Assembly (NCBI GenBank): GCA_028534125.1
Contig: CM052818.1
Coordinates: forward strand, 622,001-686,000
DNA from: Lama glama
Lineage: Eukaryota
Reading direction: 5' to 3'
DNA length: 64,000 nt
Positions 13,501-26,199 of the stretch are shown in pieces; position 1 is the stretch's first letter; the number at the start of each line of letters is the position of its first letter. Made by a program: the position numbers and the translations under genes. The notes under the pieces were generated by a model. The model was not told the origin of the DNA and did not search any database. It worked only from the letters and a program-made list of their open reading frames with translations.

Positions 13501-13550
13501 TAAAATATTGTGGGTGTTTTAATAAATTTTATATTTATTTTTTGCACTCA
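7550..13550 (+). other. TET3: TET3 3' UTR (~6 kb)
   Basis: Stretch with no recognisable interspersed repeats and many U-rich blocks after the stop. AATAAA at 13521-13526 is followed by U/GU-rich sequence. Other AATAAA at 9679, 10554, 11351 and 12337. The end position is approximate. Confidence 0.8.
13521..13526 (+). terminator. Probable distal polyadenylation signal of TET3
   Basis: AATAAA in a U-rich context with GU-rich downstream sequence (cagtgtggcttctttc). Base composition changes after it. Confidence 0.75.
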
Positions 13551-14870
13551 AATCCAGTGTGGCTTCTTTCCCCTCCCCCACCGCTTCAACCAGTCCCAGA
13601 CTGTGGTGTTTAGGGTTCCCTATGATCCCACCCTCCCCCTGTAAACTGTAGGCGCACAAACAAAGCTTCACTAATAGCAGTGATAGAGCCTGTCCTTGCC
13701 CCTTCCATCTCCCGAAGAAAGCAATGTACAGAGGCTGCCGGCTGTTAGAAAAGCTGGCTCTAAAGGGGAAGGTGGCCTTTCACTCACCTGTGTTTCTCCT
13801 TTGATTTATTTCCCCCCTTTTATCTTTTTTCCCCCTTTTCATTCAATTTGGAGACTCCCTCACCCCCATTAAAATTGTCCACTTCTGATGTTACACTTGC
13901 CGAAGGATTGCTGAACCCCACTCCGTGCTGATGGCCAGAACGCCGCATCCAGTGGGGAGGGCCAAACGGGGGCCCCGGAGGACGCTGCCCCTAAGGCCCG
14001 TGCCCCAGGCTACCTCATCTGATCCAGCCTGCCAGTTCTGGTGGTGGCCAGTCTTGGAAAGGGAACTAGAAATTGAGGAAAGGAAAAAAGAGAAGGGTAA
14101 ATAGGAAAACCCGTCCCTCCTGCTGGAAGCATCTGTCTGAAACGGATGCAGAACCACCCCCGCCGTCCACAAAGACCAGCATTCCCTCCCGTGGACGCCA
14201 ACACGCCGTAACTGGGCCACTAGGCAGCAGGGCGCCTCTCTGAGGACAGCCGAGTGAAGACCCCGCGATCCCAGCGGGGCCCCGGATGCCAGGCGTGGCG
14301 CTTTTCAGCTCAGCTTTGTTTCACTTGCAAGGGAACCCTCTGGAAGTGCCCGGGCGCACACGGCTATGTGGGGGGGGGGGGGGCTCAGGTGTGCGCGCCC
14401 GTGTTTAGTGAAGGGCAGTCACACTGGGTCTCGTAACCTGCCGCTTCCCACGTGACATCTTCCGGTAGGAAGAGGCCCAGCGGGCCCTCTCCCAGCCCTT
14501 GTCGTGCAGCCACATTTCCGGGGCCCGAGGGGAGGCCTGGGAGGCTCACTGCTGGGTAACTATAAGCATGCTCTCATCTCTTCTTACACAAATGCCGCGT
14601 TAAATACAGAAAAATTAGAAGACAGTGTTAAAAAAAATTATTTGAAATCCCACCACAAGAGAACCACATACTGGTCACAAACATTTTCTAAGTATTTAAA
14701 TATAACCATATTGTGTGGAATAATACAATAAAACTAAATAAATAACTAAATAAGCTAAATAAAACTAAACTAAAAAAACCTAAAAATTAAATTAATGGAA
14801 TAATACAATAAAACTGTGTTATAATCTTTTTTCACTTAACATATCTTCAGCTATCAGTAATACAGAGCTA

Positions 14871-15078
14871 TAGTTGACCCTTGAACAACGTGGAGGTTAG
14901 GGGCATCAGCCCTCTGCACAAAGATCCAAGTATTTAATAATCCATTCTCTGTATCTGCGTTTCCTCCATCTCCAAGGTTCCGCATCCACCAATTCAACCA
15001 ACTTGGATCCTGCAGTACTGAAAAAACTCTGTAAGTGGACCCACACAGTTCAAACCCTTGTTGTTCGAGGGTCAACTG
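14871..15078. mobile_element. Tigger2-derived MITE (MER8-like DNA transposon)
   Basis: Terminal inverted repeats tagttgacccttgaacaac ... gttgttcgagggtcaactg, flanked by TA on both sides. Confidence 0.85.
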
Positions 15079-15910
15079 TACATCTTTTTAAAGAGTGGCC
15101 TGCTATTTCATTGTCTGGATTTAGAAGCTTTTAATCATACACATAATATTATTGAACTCTAAGATCCCAACTTGTTGCAGCTATATACTGAACTAATCTA
15201 AATCTGCCTTCATCTAATTTCCATTGAATTTCTTTCTACTCTGAGAAGCATCTCAAATCCCTCTGAGTCACATGACAGTTCCCTGCACCTTCTTGTGACA
15301 TAGCTCCAGACCCTGTCTTACCCCCAGCATACCTCTGTTCATACCTAGACTCTCCTTCTTTATAGTGGAATCTCTAAAAATGAACACTGTTCCAAGCGAG
15401 ATCCGGCTGACCTAAACCAAGCACAGAGACACCAAGGACTCCCAGGATCTGTACAAGCCATTTGTATAAACACACACCAACATGTATTAGCTTTTTAAAG
15501 CAACTGAGTCATGCTGAGGGCTGTGTGGCTCGGTGGAAAGAACATGGCTCCCTCACTTCAATTGTGATGTCATTTTTGTTGTCTATAAAACAGGCTAATA
15601 ACACCACATAAGATTGATACGAGGATCAAAAATAATATACAGAAATAAAAGTACGAGGCATTGGAGACATGGCAGGTAATAGAAGCTGTCATTATTACTC
15701 TTGGCATATACAAATCTTTAAGTCACTGAAAAGTCCAAAACTTAGTCATGGACCGCATAGCGACCTCTCATGTGAACTCCTGCCAAGTCAGCTTTCCCTG
15801 CTCTAGCCTTTATGCAATTCGTCTTCTGTTTTAAATTCTATACGCAGTACTTAAAGCTTAACCATCTTAAATGGACTGTTTAACCCATCCTCCTTGCTAA
15901 TGTTGAATCT

Positions 15911-16055
15911 TTTTTAAAAAATATTTTATTTATCATATTGTTTTATTTTGGGGGGAGGAGGTAATTTGGTTTACTTTTAGAGGAGGTACTGGGGATTGAA
16001 CCCAGGACCTTGTGCCTGCTAAGCATGTGCTCTATCACTTTGCTAGACCCTCCCC
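15911..16055 (-). mobile_element. tRNA-derived SINE (Vic-1-like)
   Basis: The reverse complement starts GGGGAGGGTCTAGC, contains the B-box GGGTTCAATCCCCAGTACC and ends in an A-rich tail. Degenerate TSD gttgaatct. Confidence 0.85.
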
Positions 16056-19000
16056 TGCAAAGTTGAATCTCAATTTTACCCTACGTAGCTATGCAGACTT
16101 GCTCAACAATCTTATCCCAAGCTCTCCTGCTGATGCTCTTGTAGGCTTTTTAACCTAGGAAAGCAGTTAGTCATTGTATGTCTCCTGTTGTACTCTGAAA
16201 ATAATAGACACTCACGGTCCTATTGAAGAAATGAAATGCACCCCCAGGGAGTGGTGGCTCACCCTAAACACATTCAACACATATAACCCAGCGCACATGC
16301 CTGTCAGAGACACAAGAACTCCTTAGGGGACACCATAGAAGACACAATCAAAGCTTCATCAAAATCTAGATCCTCCCAATGCCATCCCCACTCCCACCTC
16401 CTGGAGCCCTGGCAGATGCCTGGCTCTCCTCCTCTACCGAGAAGCCCACCAAGCTTGCCAATTCCCCTTCACTATCCTTCAAACATCTTCCCCTATTTTG
16501 TCCTTTTTCTTCACACACAATGATTCCTAATCCTGGGGGCTACTTCCCTCTGTCCCCTGGCATTTTCTTTTGGCTTGCTCCCTTTGCACCTCCTCTGGGG
16601 CCTACCTTGTCAGTTATCCCCTTTCTGCGGGGCCTCTCCTGCAATGTGCTCTCAGGACAGTCCGCCTGATCCCGCCCTGCCCTCAAGCTCCCCACCTTTT
16701 TCACTCCTTCTCATCACCACCACATTTCTGCAGGCGTAGACAACCTCCTGGCTTCAGCTTCCACACTACTCACTCACCGTGCCCTTGTCTCTCCAGAAAG
16801 AGCTGTCTTCTAGGCCAATGATTCTGTCTTCACTGACCTCTCAAAACCCTCCACTCCCAGGATGTACCACCAGGAAGTAACATTCCATTATCCCAGAACC
16901 CTGAAGCCCTCCGCCCTTCTCACAGCTCCTTTGTGCCCTCATGTCCTTTAAACACAGATGCCCCAAGAGAATAGGCTTGGTTCTCACTATGGCCTTCAGA
17001 GGACTTGTTCAGCCACCGCGCCTCAATTATGACCCTAAAGCCAATGATTTCCATAGCAGTGTCCAGCCCCTATATGCCTTATGAGTTCGGGCTTCTGGGT
17101 AGCTGTGGGTGGCTGTTTCAGCAGGGCCAAAGTCCTAACACACCTAAAACTGACCTCTCAAGTCTGCCATGTTTTCCTCTTGCTATTGATGGCCACATCA
17201 TTCTCCTGGTCACATCCTCACACCTGCCAAGTCTGGATGTTACCCCCTTAGTGTCCTCACTCCTGCCTCTCCTTGCCACTAGTATTAGCAGTCCATGCTG
17301 TGCAGTTGTACAGGCTGTGCACTGCACAAGTCTGGAGTGGGGCACCATCCATATGAACTAACACGTGGGCCTTGTTCATTGTCATAGACTCCCCCTGGAC
17401 CACAGTAGGGCCTTAGTTCTAAAGCCAGGGGCCCAAGGCAGAGGCCTCTCAGATTGTAGTCTAAAAATGAGAACTTTCAGAAAGATTCTGACTTGCACAA
17501 GACCCATCAAGCTAGGAAGTAGCAGAACCTAGACACAAACCAGGTGTCTGACAAATGACCTGTGCCCTGTTCAGGTGTACCCTTGCTTCTTCCGCATCTT
17601 AACACCACGTAACCAAGGGATACACACTGTTCTCACGGCAGGAATCTACCAGTCTGTGGGTCTATCAGCACAAGAGACACGGGTCACAAGGAGGTGGCCC
17701 TGCAGGAAGACATGTACTCTTTAGAGCTTTTCAACAGGTCTCAGTATTTGAATGTCTGCACTCTAGCCCCAATTTTATCTCTCTGCTCATTTCACCAAAA
17801 CCAATCACCTTACCAGATAATCTTCCTAAAAACCAAAGAGGATGATACCATGTCCCTGTAATATTCCTCAGTGCTCCCCATCTGGCACAGCTCTCAGGGT
17901 GAGGTGCCACCCCCTAACCTCGTCCCAAGGCCCTGCAGGACCTGGCCCCAGCTCACATCTTCGGTGCCACTGCAGAGCATGCCGTGTCTTGGTCTGGTTA
18001 TCTCCTCAGTGCCCGCCCTGACTCCAACCAAGTGGCTTCTCACGTACAAAGATGCTTTCAAGCTAATGGTAGCCAAGTAATCCCACCAAGAACTCACTCC
18101 TTTCAAAATCCATTCAAATATTTACATACACTATAAAACTACTCCAAATAAGAACAAAAGGATCAACAAGATTTTCTCAAAAAGCATGAATCAACAGGAA
18201 GCCGAATTATCTGAAACCAAAGAAAAACTTCAACTGCACAAAGAACCTCAAACATTAGTTCAGAGAGTAGCAACACGTCCTTTGCAAGAAATACAAAAGG
18301 TTAGACAGTGATTACAATCTATTTTCCAAAAGATTAAAAGGAACATCTCACCTACTCAACAAAAGCAAGATTACTAGATAATAGATTAAATAGTATCTAT
18401 GCTGAAAACACGATTGATGTGCAGAGAACAGAATAACCAAAGCAGATCCAGAAACAGCTATTTAACATGAAAGAATATATGGGGAGATGCATGAGGCCAT
18501 AAAAGACCATGAGAATAGAGCACTGAAATGCCTCTTGAGAATACTGAGGGTTCCCAAAAAAGGACACGCAAGAAATGGTTCTGAACCAGTAATCAAAGAT
18601 CTACGGGAAGAAAAGTGTTCTCAATGGAATCAAATGGAACCGATACCTCCAAGGCGATTGCAGGCTGTGGTTCATTCGATCAAGAAGAGTCCTGAAGATT
18701 AGCCTCCTCCTAATTGGCCAAGGAAGCACTTCTGCAAAGACATTTTGACTCTTCAACCATGTTTACATTTGGAATCCTAGCGAAAGCTGCAATCCCACAG
18801 CCCGTGAGTCTCAGATCCACTCACTCCACAACCAGCACTGAGCACCCTGCTCGCAGCAGCTGCTGTGCTGGGTGCGGGGCACACACCGGCAGGCCCAGAG
18901 AGCCAAGCAATTTAGAGCAGAGGACCTCACCGAAGACTTAAAGATCAGGCCGTTTTTCACCATCCCTGTGCACTGGCCATTCAAAACAGCGTCATGGCTA

Positions 19001-19067
19001 ACGCAATAAATGAAATGAGTATTATGGTACGAGAAACGAAAAGTGAAGTGTTTCTGGGTTTAAATTA

Positions 19068-19580
19068 ATAAGCTTTATTTTTAGAGGAGTTTTAGGTCTA
19101 TAGAAAAATTGAGTGGTAAGTAGAGCGTTCCCATATACCCACCGTAACCTCTCCAATTTCTCCTATTACTAACGTCTTGCATTAGTGTGGTACATCCGTT
19201 ATGATAGATGAGTTAATATTGATACAAAATTATGAACCAAAGTCTATAGTTTACATTAGGGATCATTCTTTGTAGAGTACACTCCACAGATTTTAACAAA
19301 TGGATGATGATAACATATCCACCATTATAGCATCTTACGGGATCGTTTCACTGCCCTAAAAATCCACTGTGCTCCACCTGTGCGTCCCTTCCTCCCCTCC
19401 AACCCCTGCCAACCACTGATCTTTTCTAACTGTCTCCATAGCTTTTTCCAGAATGTCACATAGTTGAGATCACTGAGTATGTAGCTTTTTCAGACTGGCT
19501 TCTTTCCCTTCATAATATGCCTTTGAGGTTCCTTCATGTGTTTTTGTGGCTTGATAGCTCATTTCTTTTTATCACTAGAA
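19068..19580 (-). mobile_element. Old L1 3' end (L1MC-like)
   Basis: ttttaggtctatagaaaaattgagtggtaagtagag...aaagtctatagtttacattaggg...gtagctttttcagactggcttcttt is typical of the L1M 3' UTR in antisense. Confidence 0.7.
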
Positions 19581-20189
19581 TTGATATTTTTTATTGTATT
19601 AATGTGTGTTTTGAAAAAGGGAGGTTAGAGAGGCGGTTCTGTGGGTGCCCAGGGAAGCGTTTGGAGTGGGCAGAGCGCCAAGCCTGAGCGAAGCGCCTGT
19701 CACCGCCCAAAAGGTGAGGCGCCCCCGGGGGGCAAGGCGGGGCGAGAGGAAGCCCGGAGAAAGATGCGTTGGGACCGGATCTGGTCCTGTGTTGACAGCA
19801 TCCCTCCGGCTGCTGGCTGAGCGGTGAGAAGCGCTGCGGGGAAACTTCAAGTCAGAAGGCAGCCTGGAGTCATCAGGCGGGGTCTGTTTTCAGCAGGGCG
19901 CTAGCAGACCCCTGCCGGAGAAGCCCACGTGGTGGATCTAAATTCTAAAAATCATCTCTGTGGTTACTGTTTTAACAATATAAAACCTTCGGATTACCAC
20001 ATTTTAAAATTACTTACTTTTCAATACACATTACATTCTGCTGGTAAATTAATCCCAAATTAGCCCCTGACATGCAGACTCAGCTGCTTGCTTTCTTAAA
20101 ATATATATATATATAAATAATTTCTATTATTTGATTTGAAGTGGGTTTTCCCCTTGGCTGTTGTTTACTTAGCAAATTTTTAAATTAAG

Positions 20190-20580
20190 TTTTATAGTAA
20201 AATGTACATCAAATAAAGTTTATGATTGTTAACTATTTATTTACATGTGTTAAGTTCAGTGGCATTAATTACCTTCCTGGTTTTGTGCAGTCACCACCAC
20301 CGACACCAGAACGTTTTCATCATCCCAAACAATAACTCCCCATCTCCTCTCTCTCAGCCCCTGGCAACCACCTTTCTACTTTCTACCTCTGTGAATTTGA
20401 CTACATATGAACCTTATATAAGTAGAATCATACAGTATTTGTCCTTCTGTGTATGGCTTAATTCACTTAGCATAATGACTTCAAGGTCCATCCATGTAAT
20501 AGAATGTGTCAAAATTCCACTCCTTTTAAAAGCCAAATTATATTCCATTGTATGTGCATACTACGTTTCATTAGCCGCAT
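20190..20580 (-). mobile_element. Old L1 3' fragment (L1MA/MB-like)
   Basis: cagcccctggcaaccacctttctactttctacctctgtgaatttgacta...atacagtatttgtccttctgtgtatggcttaattcacttagcataat. Confidence 0.7.
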
Positions 20581-20599
20581 GTTTTTAAGAGTGAATTTG

Positions 20600-20747
20600 A
20601 GGAACTACATTCAATACCTCGTAGTAACCTATACTGAAAAAGAATATGAACATCAACATACACATGTATATGTATGACTCAACTATCATGCTGTACACCA
20701 GAAATTGACACATTGTAAACTGACTATATGTCAATAATTTTTTTTTA
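20600..20747 (+). mobile_element. Young L1 3' end with a perfect 13-bp TSD
   Basis: TSD aagagtgaatttg at 20587-20599 and 20748-20760. The body matches the other L1 3' ends in the window. Confidence 0.85.
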
Positions 20748-21506
20748 AAGAGTGAATTTGTAAAGTTTCTGATCTTTGTCTCTGGCTTTGAGGTTCTCGA
20801 CATTTGTAACTACCCCCTCCTACCATACTCTGCTTTAAATAGTACATTTGAGATAAAATCATCACAATAAAATGTAAGATGAAGAAACAGAACTTATATT
20901 AGGGTTCACTTCTTTCATTCTCTGTGACCAGTTTGAATTTTCTTATATGTTTAAGACTTTTAAAACCACTAGAATCAGTCTTGAAAAAAAAGAGACATGA
21001 TTACAATTTCTGGAATTCATTGTGAAATGAGATTTTTGTGAATCTCTGCCAAACAGCCATTTGTCTGCGAATCTTCCTATTTGAATATTTCCTGTCCCAT
21101 AAGCTATGAGTGAGGATTAACACTGCTGTCTGTTCATCTATGGGACATGAAGATGCAAAGAAAATAAGTTCTGACAAATTTGCAGAAATTAAGACCCTAA
21201 AAAAGAAACTGTAATTTTATTATTTATTAACATGACAGACCAACGTGTGGGTATAGATTTCCCCCCTTTTAAAAGGATATATTAATATAATCATAAAGTA
21301 TTAATCCATTTTTTTGTGTGCTGTACTTTTTTTATATTTACTTCCAAATATAGAAAATAACTCCTTATAAGTTGTATATGTTCAAATTGTAGCAGTCAGG
21401 TTAAATAATGTGTATTTATTACTACAAAAGTAATATGCCATAATAACTAATGATGACTATGAAAGCTGTGAATTACACAAAAACAATTATCAAGAATTTA
21501 CAAGTT

Positions 21507-21639
21507 GGGGGAGGGAATAGCTCAGCAGTAATGTGCCTGCTTAGCATGCACAAAGTCGTCGGTTCAATCCCCAGTACCTCCGTCTAAAATCTAATTACCC
21601 CCCCAAACAAACAAAACCAAAAAGACAAAAAAAAAAAAA
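21507..21639 (+). mobile_element. tRNA-derived SINE (Vic-1-like)
   Basis: GGGGAGGGAATAGCTCAG...GGTTCAATCCCCAGTACC with an A-tail. TSD-like aagaattta on both sides. Confidence 0.85.
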
Positions 21640-22134
21640 GAATTTATGAATAATTGCAAGTTTAATGCACAGGAAAATAGGCAGATGGTTAATACAAAGA
21701 GTGAGAGACAGTGTTAACTGGGTAGCCTTAGAAAGACATTATATCCTTTCTGAGCTAACAAATGTTTATACATTTTAAAACAATGTGAAGTAGAATAATA
21801 AAAATGAGATTATATCTTAATTCTAATCTTTGTAGAATTGGTTGCTACTAATATTGGTAACTTTGTACATCCTAATATTTAAGAACTAAATTAATTTTAG
21901 TTATTTCCTTATATTTAGGCCATGAGGCTTTCAAGAGAAAATACTATTTGGGAACTCTGCACATCACATCTGGATGAATTAAAACATCACCAGTAGACAT
22001 TTTCCACCTCAAAACTTTACAACGAGAAAAAAATCCCAAGATTATGGACAAAAATACCCATGCTCAGTGAACTTCAATCCAAACATAGTAACAAAATATG
22101 ATGAAAAAAAGAAACTGTTAGAAGTCTTTGTTTT

Positions 22135-22792
22135 TAAAAACTAAAAATAGACTTACCATATGACCCAACAATCCCACTCCTGGGCATATATCTGGAGGGA
22201 ATTCTAATTCAAAAAATACATGCACCCCAATGTTCAAAGCAGTGCTATTTGCAATAGCCAAGACATGGAAACAACCTAAATGTCCATCAACAGATGACTG
22301 GATGAAGAAGTTGTGGTAAATTTATACAATGGAATACTACATAGCCATAAAAAGAATGGAGTAATGCCATTTGCAACAACATGGATGGACCTGGAGATCA
22401 TCACTCTAAGTGAAGTAAGCCAGAAAAAGAAAGAAAAATGCCATATGGTATCACTCATATGTGGAACCTTAAAAAAAAAAAAAGACAAGTGAACTTATTT
22501 ACAAAACAGAAACAGACTCACATAGAAAACAAACTTTTGGTTACCAGGGTAGGAAGGAGGTGGGAAGGGATAAATTGGAATTTTGAGATTTGTAGATACT
22601 AATTACTATACAGAATATAGATAAACAAGTTTATACTGTATAGCTCAGGGAACTTGTAGTCTTGTGGTGACTTACAATGAAGAAGAATGTGAAAGGGAAC
22701 GTATATGTGTGACTGAAGCATTATGCTGTACACCAGAGATTGACACAACATTGTAAACTGACTAGACTTCAATTTTTTTTAAAGTTAAAAAA
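22135..22792 (+). mobile_element. L1 3' portion (end of ORF2 and 3' UTR)
   Basis: ccatatgacccaacaatcccactcctgggcatata...atggatggacctggagatcatcactctaagtgaagtaagccag...ttgtaaactgact. Confidence 0.85.
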
Positions 22793-23251
22793 ATTTCTTT
22801 GTAGGTTTTCCTCATTCTCAGAAAATGTCCAGTTAAGAGTACTGTGTTCAAACTTACTTAAACTAATTATGTTTTTCTTCTATATGAATGATTTTGTTAT
22901 CAATTTGACTTACAGCCAGGTTCATTTTAAAATGAAATTTTAAGTGTTTTTCCCCATCCTCGTTGATTTAGTTTTATTTTTTGAATATGTGTAACATTGC
23001 CACAGTTAGAAAGTCAAAACTATATTAGAAGATGTGCTGGGAAAAGCCTCATTCCCTTCCCTCCTCCTCCCACTCCATCCCCACCTCGCCCCTCTAGGTA
23101 AGCCAAATTTTTTCATTTCTGGTTTATCCCTCCAAGCTTTCCTTTTACAAAAATAAGCAGGCACAATATAGACTTTTATTTTCCTTACTTACCCAAAAGC
23201 TAGCATATGAAGTAGGCTTTCTCATTTTGCTTTTTTTAAGGTAGGTTTATT

Positions 23252-23377
23252 GGGGGGAGGGTATAGCTCAGTGGTAGAGTACATGCCTAGCATGCATGAG
23301 GTCCTGGGTTCAATCCCCAGTACTTCCACTAAGTAAATAAACCTAACTACCACCCCTCCAAACAAACTAACAAAAAA
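23252..23377 (+). mobile_element. tRNA-derived SINE (Vic-1-like)
   Basis: GGGGAGGGTATAGCTCAGTGGTAGAGTACATGCCTAGCATGCATGAGGTCCTGGGTTCAATCCCCAGTAC with A and B boxes and an A-rich tail. TSD gtttattg. Confidence 0.9.
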
Positions 23378-25434
23378 GTTTATTGAAGTATGATGTATTC
23401 ACCCAAGTGTAAAATCTGATTAATACCGATAAGTATCCGACTAAGTAACTACCACCAAAATCAAGATACACATTTTTAACATTGCCTTCAAAATCCCTAT
23501 GTCCCTTTGCAGTCAGTCTTCTTCACTCTAAGCCATTGGTAAACATTGATTTAATTTCTCTATTTTTAAAAAATCTTCTCTAGAATATCATAGAAATGGA
23601 ATCACACAGTATTTAGCCCTGTGTGTATCATCTGGCTTCTTTCTTCTGGCACTCAGCATAATGAAAGTGAGATTCATCACCGTTGTTAAAACTGCTAGTT
23701 GCTCCTTCCTTTTTATTGTTGCATACTATTCCATCGCACAGCTGGAACAATTTGTTTTATCCCTCTACGGGTTCATGGACACTTGGGTTGCTTCCAGTTG
23801 ATTGCACTTTAATATCTTAACAATACAAACTGGAAATAATTTCTTGTCAGCTCATAGAGTTCTTATTCTCTTCCTCCATTTTTATACCTGTTATAAAAGT
23901 AACAGCTTTATTGAGATACAACTCACAAAGCATAAAATTCACCCTTTTAAAGTGTATAATTCACTGATATTGATAACACTTATCTTGATCAGACCTCTCC
24001 AGGGGATTGTTTCTGGTCTCCTTTTTAAGTATTGTAGCAAGAAAATCAGCTGACCCTAAAATGATGGAGATCTGTTTTAAAGAACCATGATGCTTGTTAA
24101 ACTGGTAGATTAACTGCTTTTGGCATTTAACCGAATGAATGGGAGGCCAGAGATATTAAAACCGGACCTTCCTGTACCAGATTATGAACTCATTTCCAAA
24201 CTGTTAATCAGCAGAGAAAGCAAACTAAACACTGAAAAATCCTAGAACAGAGCAAATCAACATAAGCTTTTAAAAAGCTTGCCTTGAAAAACATCCCGTT
24301 CTTTGAAGGTTTTTTTCCCTTTAGAATTGTGCAAATTTGATTTAGAAAATCACTCAATTAGAGCAAGTCTTGTGTGCATAAATTGATGATCATTATTTTA
24401 AGTCGCAGCCTCAGCACTGAAAACAGATGAAGATATGGCACATTGACTAAACAGTTCAAGATATTTTGTGGTTTCACAGCATGGCAGTCTCAGGGGAACC
24501 ACATGTCTTAAATCATGGTTGGCATCGGCTGGAGCAAGCAGTCCAAGACCGGACGGAAGCTTCAAAACACTGCATGACCAGGCCTCAGAAGACCCAGAAT
24601 GTCACATTTCTGCTGCAATTTGTTGGTCAAGCAAGTCACTAAGGCCAAGATTCAAGAAACTAGGAACTAGGCTCCATCTTCAAAGGAGGCTTAGCAAAGC
24701 GTTTGCATCTATCTGTAACCTGTTGCAAGTGACCGTATCCAATTTTCAAGTGAAATAATGCACTTTAATTCCAATTTGCTATGAGAGTAGACTCAGATCA
24801 CCCATGTTATGTATTTATTTAACTACCGTTATTTGTGAAAACAGACATTTATAAATAAAAATGCTATCATAGTTTAAAAAAAAAGGTATTTTGTAGTTTT
24901 GGTTCATTCAGTCAATAACTGAAATATTAGGAAAAGTACTGAACAATTTCCAAAGGATCAGGAATTTCCACTTCCACCCAAAGTATTCTTTGTTTTCTTC
25001 CAACAGTTCTCTGCTAAATAAAAGAAGGGAAATCTTAGCTTGTTTATCAAGTTTTCTTCCTTTACGTTACAGATGAACAATAACAAATTTACAGGTTAAT
25101 AGTGTGTGCATTGGAGCCTTTGCTCCCTAACCTTGTTTATAAATCCACCAAACCTTCCTTCCCTTAAACTCATCCTGTTTGGGTGAGGCTGCTACTTCCT
25201 GAGGTCCAAAACTCAGGGCAGTTGTCTTTTTAAAAATGCTAGGACACTTTTTTGGCGTGGTGACTAAGATGTGATTATTTACTGTTTGCCAAAATGTTTA
25301 CAGTAACTTTCAATTGGCCAGCTGGATTGTTAACTCCTCCTTTTGCGGTTTTGTTTTTGTTTTGAAAATTGTTTTCAGTCAAACACATCTAAAATTCGCC
25401 CCCACAGAATATATTTGTAGGCACTGCTATTTTA

Positions 25435-25770
25435 AAACTAAAGAGTCATCAAAACCAAGGAAGTTCTGAGAAACTAGCATGGCTGACAGGAGCCTAAGGA
25501 GACAGGAAAACTAAAAGTAATGTGGTATTGCAGAGGGGAAAAGACGTTATGAAAAAACTATGGAAAATCTGAATAAACTTTGGGCTTTAATTTGTAACAT
25601 TGTATCAACATTGGTTGACCAACTGTAACAAATGTACCATATTAACGTAACCTGTTAATAGGGAAAACTGGGGTACTGAGGAACTCTGTACTATCTTCCC
25701 AATTTTTGTGTAAATCTAAAACTGTTCTGAAAAGTTATATAAACTGTTCTAAAAACTGTTTATAAAAAAA
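25435..25770 (+). mobile_element. Old L1 3' end (L1MC-like)
   Basis: aaatctgaataaact...tgtatcaacattggtt...tgtaacaaatgtacca...ggaactctgtactatctt...tgtaaatctaaaactgttct. Confidence 0.65.
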
Positions 25771-26199
25771 GAAAACCTTAAGTGATTATTGGAACTTCAG
25801 CTGTTTCAACTTTTTACTCTTTTATCCATGTTTAGCTGGTTATTCTGGCTCTCTAATGATCTTTCTGTTTTTATAACCGCCGGGAAGGCTGCCTACTGGA
25901 TGCTGCAAATGAGACTATTATAGACACTTGGGTTTTGAATAAACTGTGGTAGAATAAAGGTCAACGTGTTTCTTTTTATTCTTATTCCAAAAGAGAAGAC
26001 GCTGTTTGACATCTTTTACTTGTACCCCTCTTACTTGTCTAATAAACGTATTTTTCTCAAAAAAAATTCAAGTGCAAAGAACACATAAATGTTCTCTTAA
26101 ATTCACACTGTTGGGGTATTTTACCACAACTAAGAGGTCAGTTCCCTGAAAAAAGGTACCTGACGACAGATGGAACCCTGCCAGCATTATTAGAGTAAA

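Noticed and set aside
19889..19905. CTCF site (tcagcagggcgcta), and a similar one at ~14215
   Set aside because: The core spacing or core G residues do not fit the consensus well enough to call.
23252..23330. tRNA gene (A and B boxes present)
   Set aside because: Multi-copy with A-rich tails and TSDs, and diverged from a full cloverleaf, so it is a SINE.
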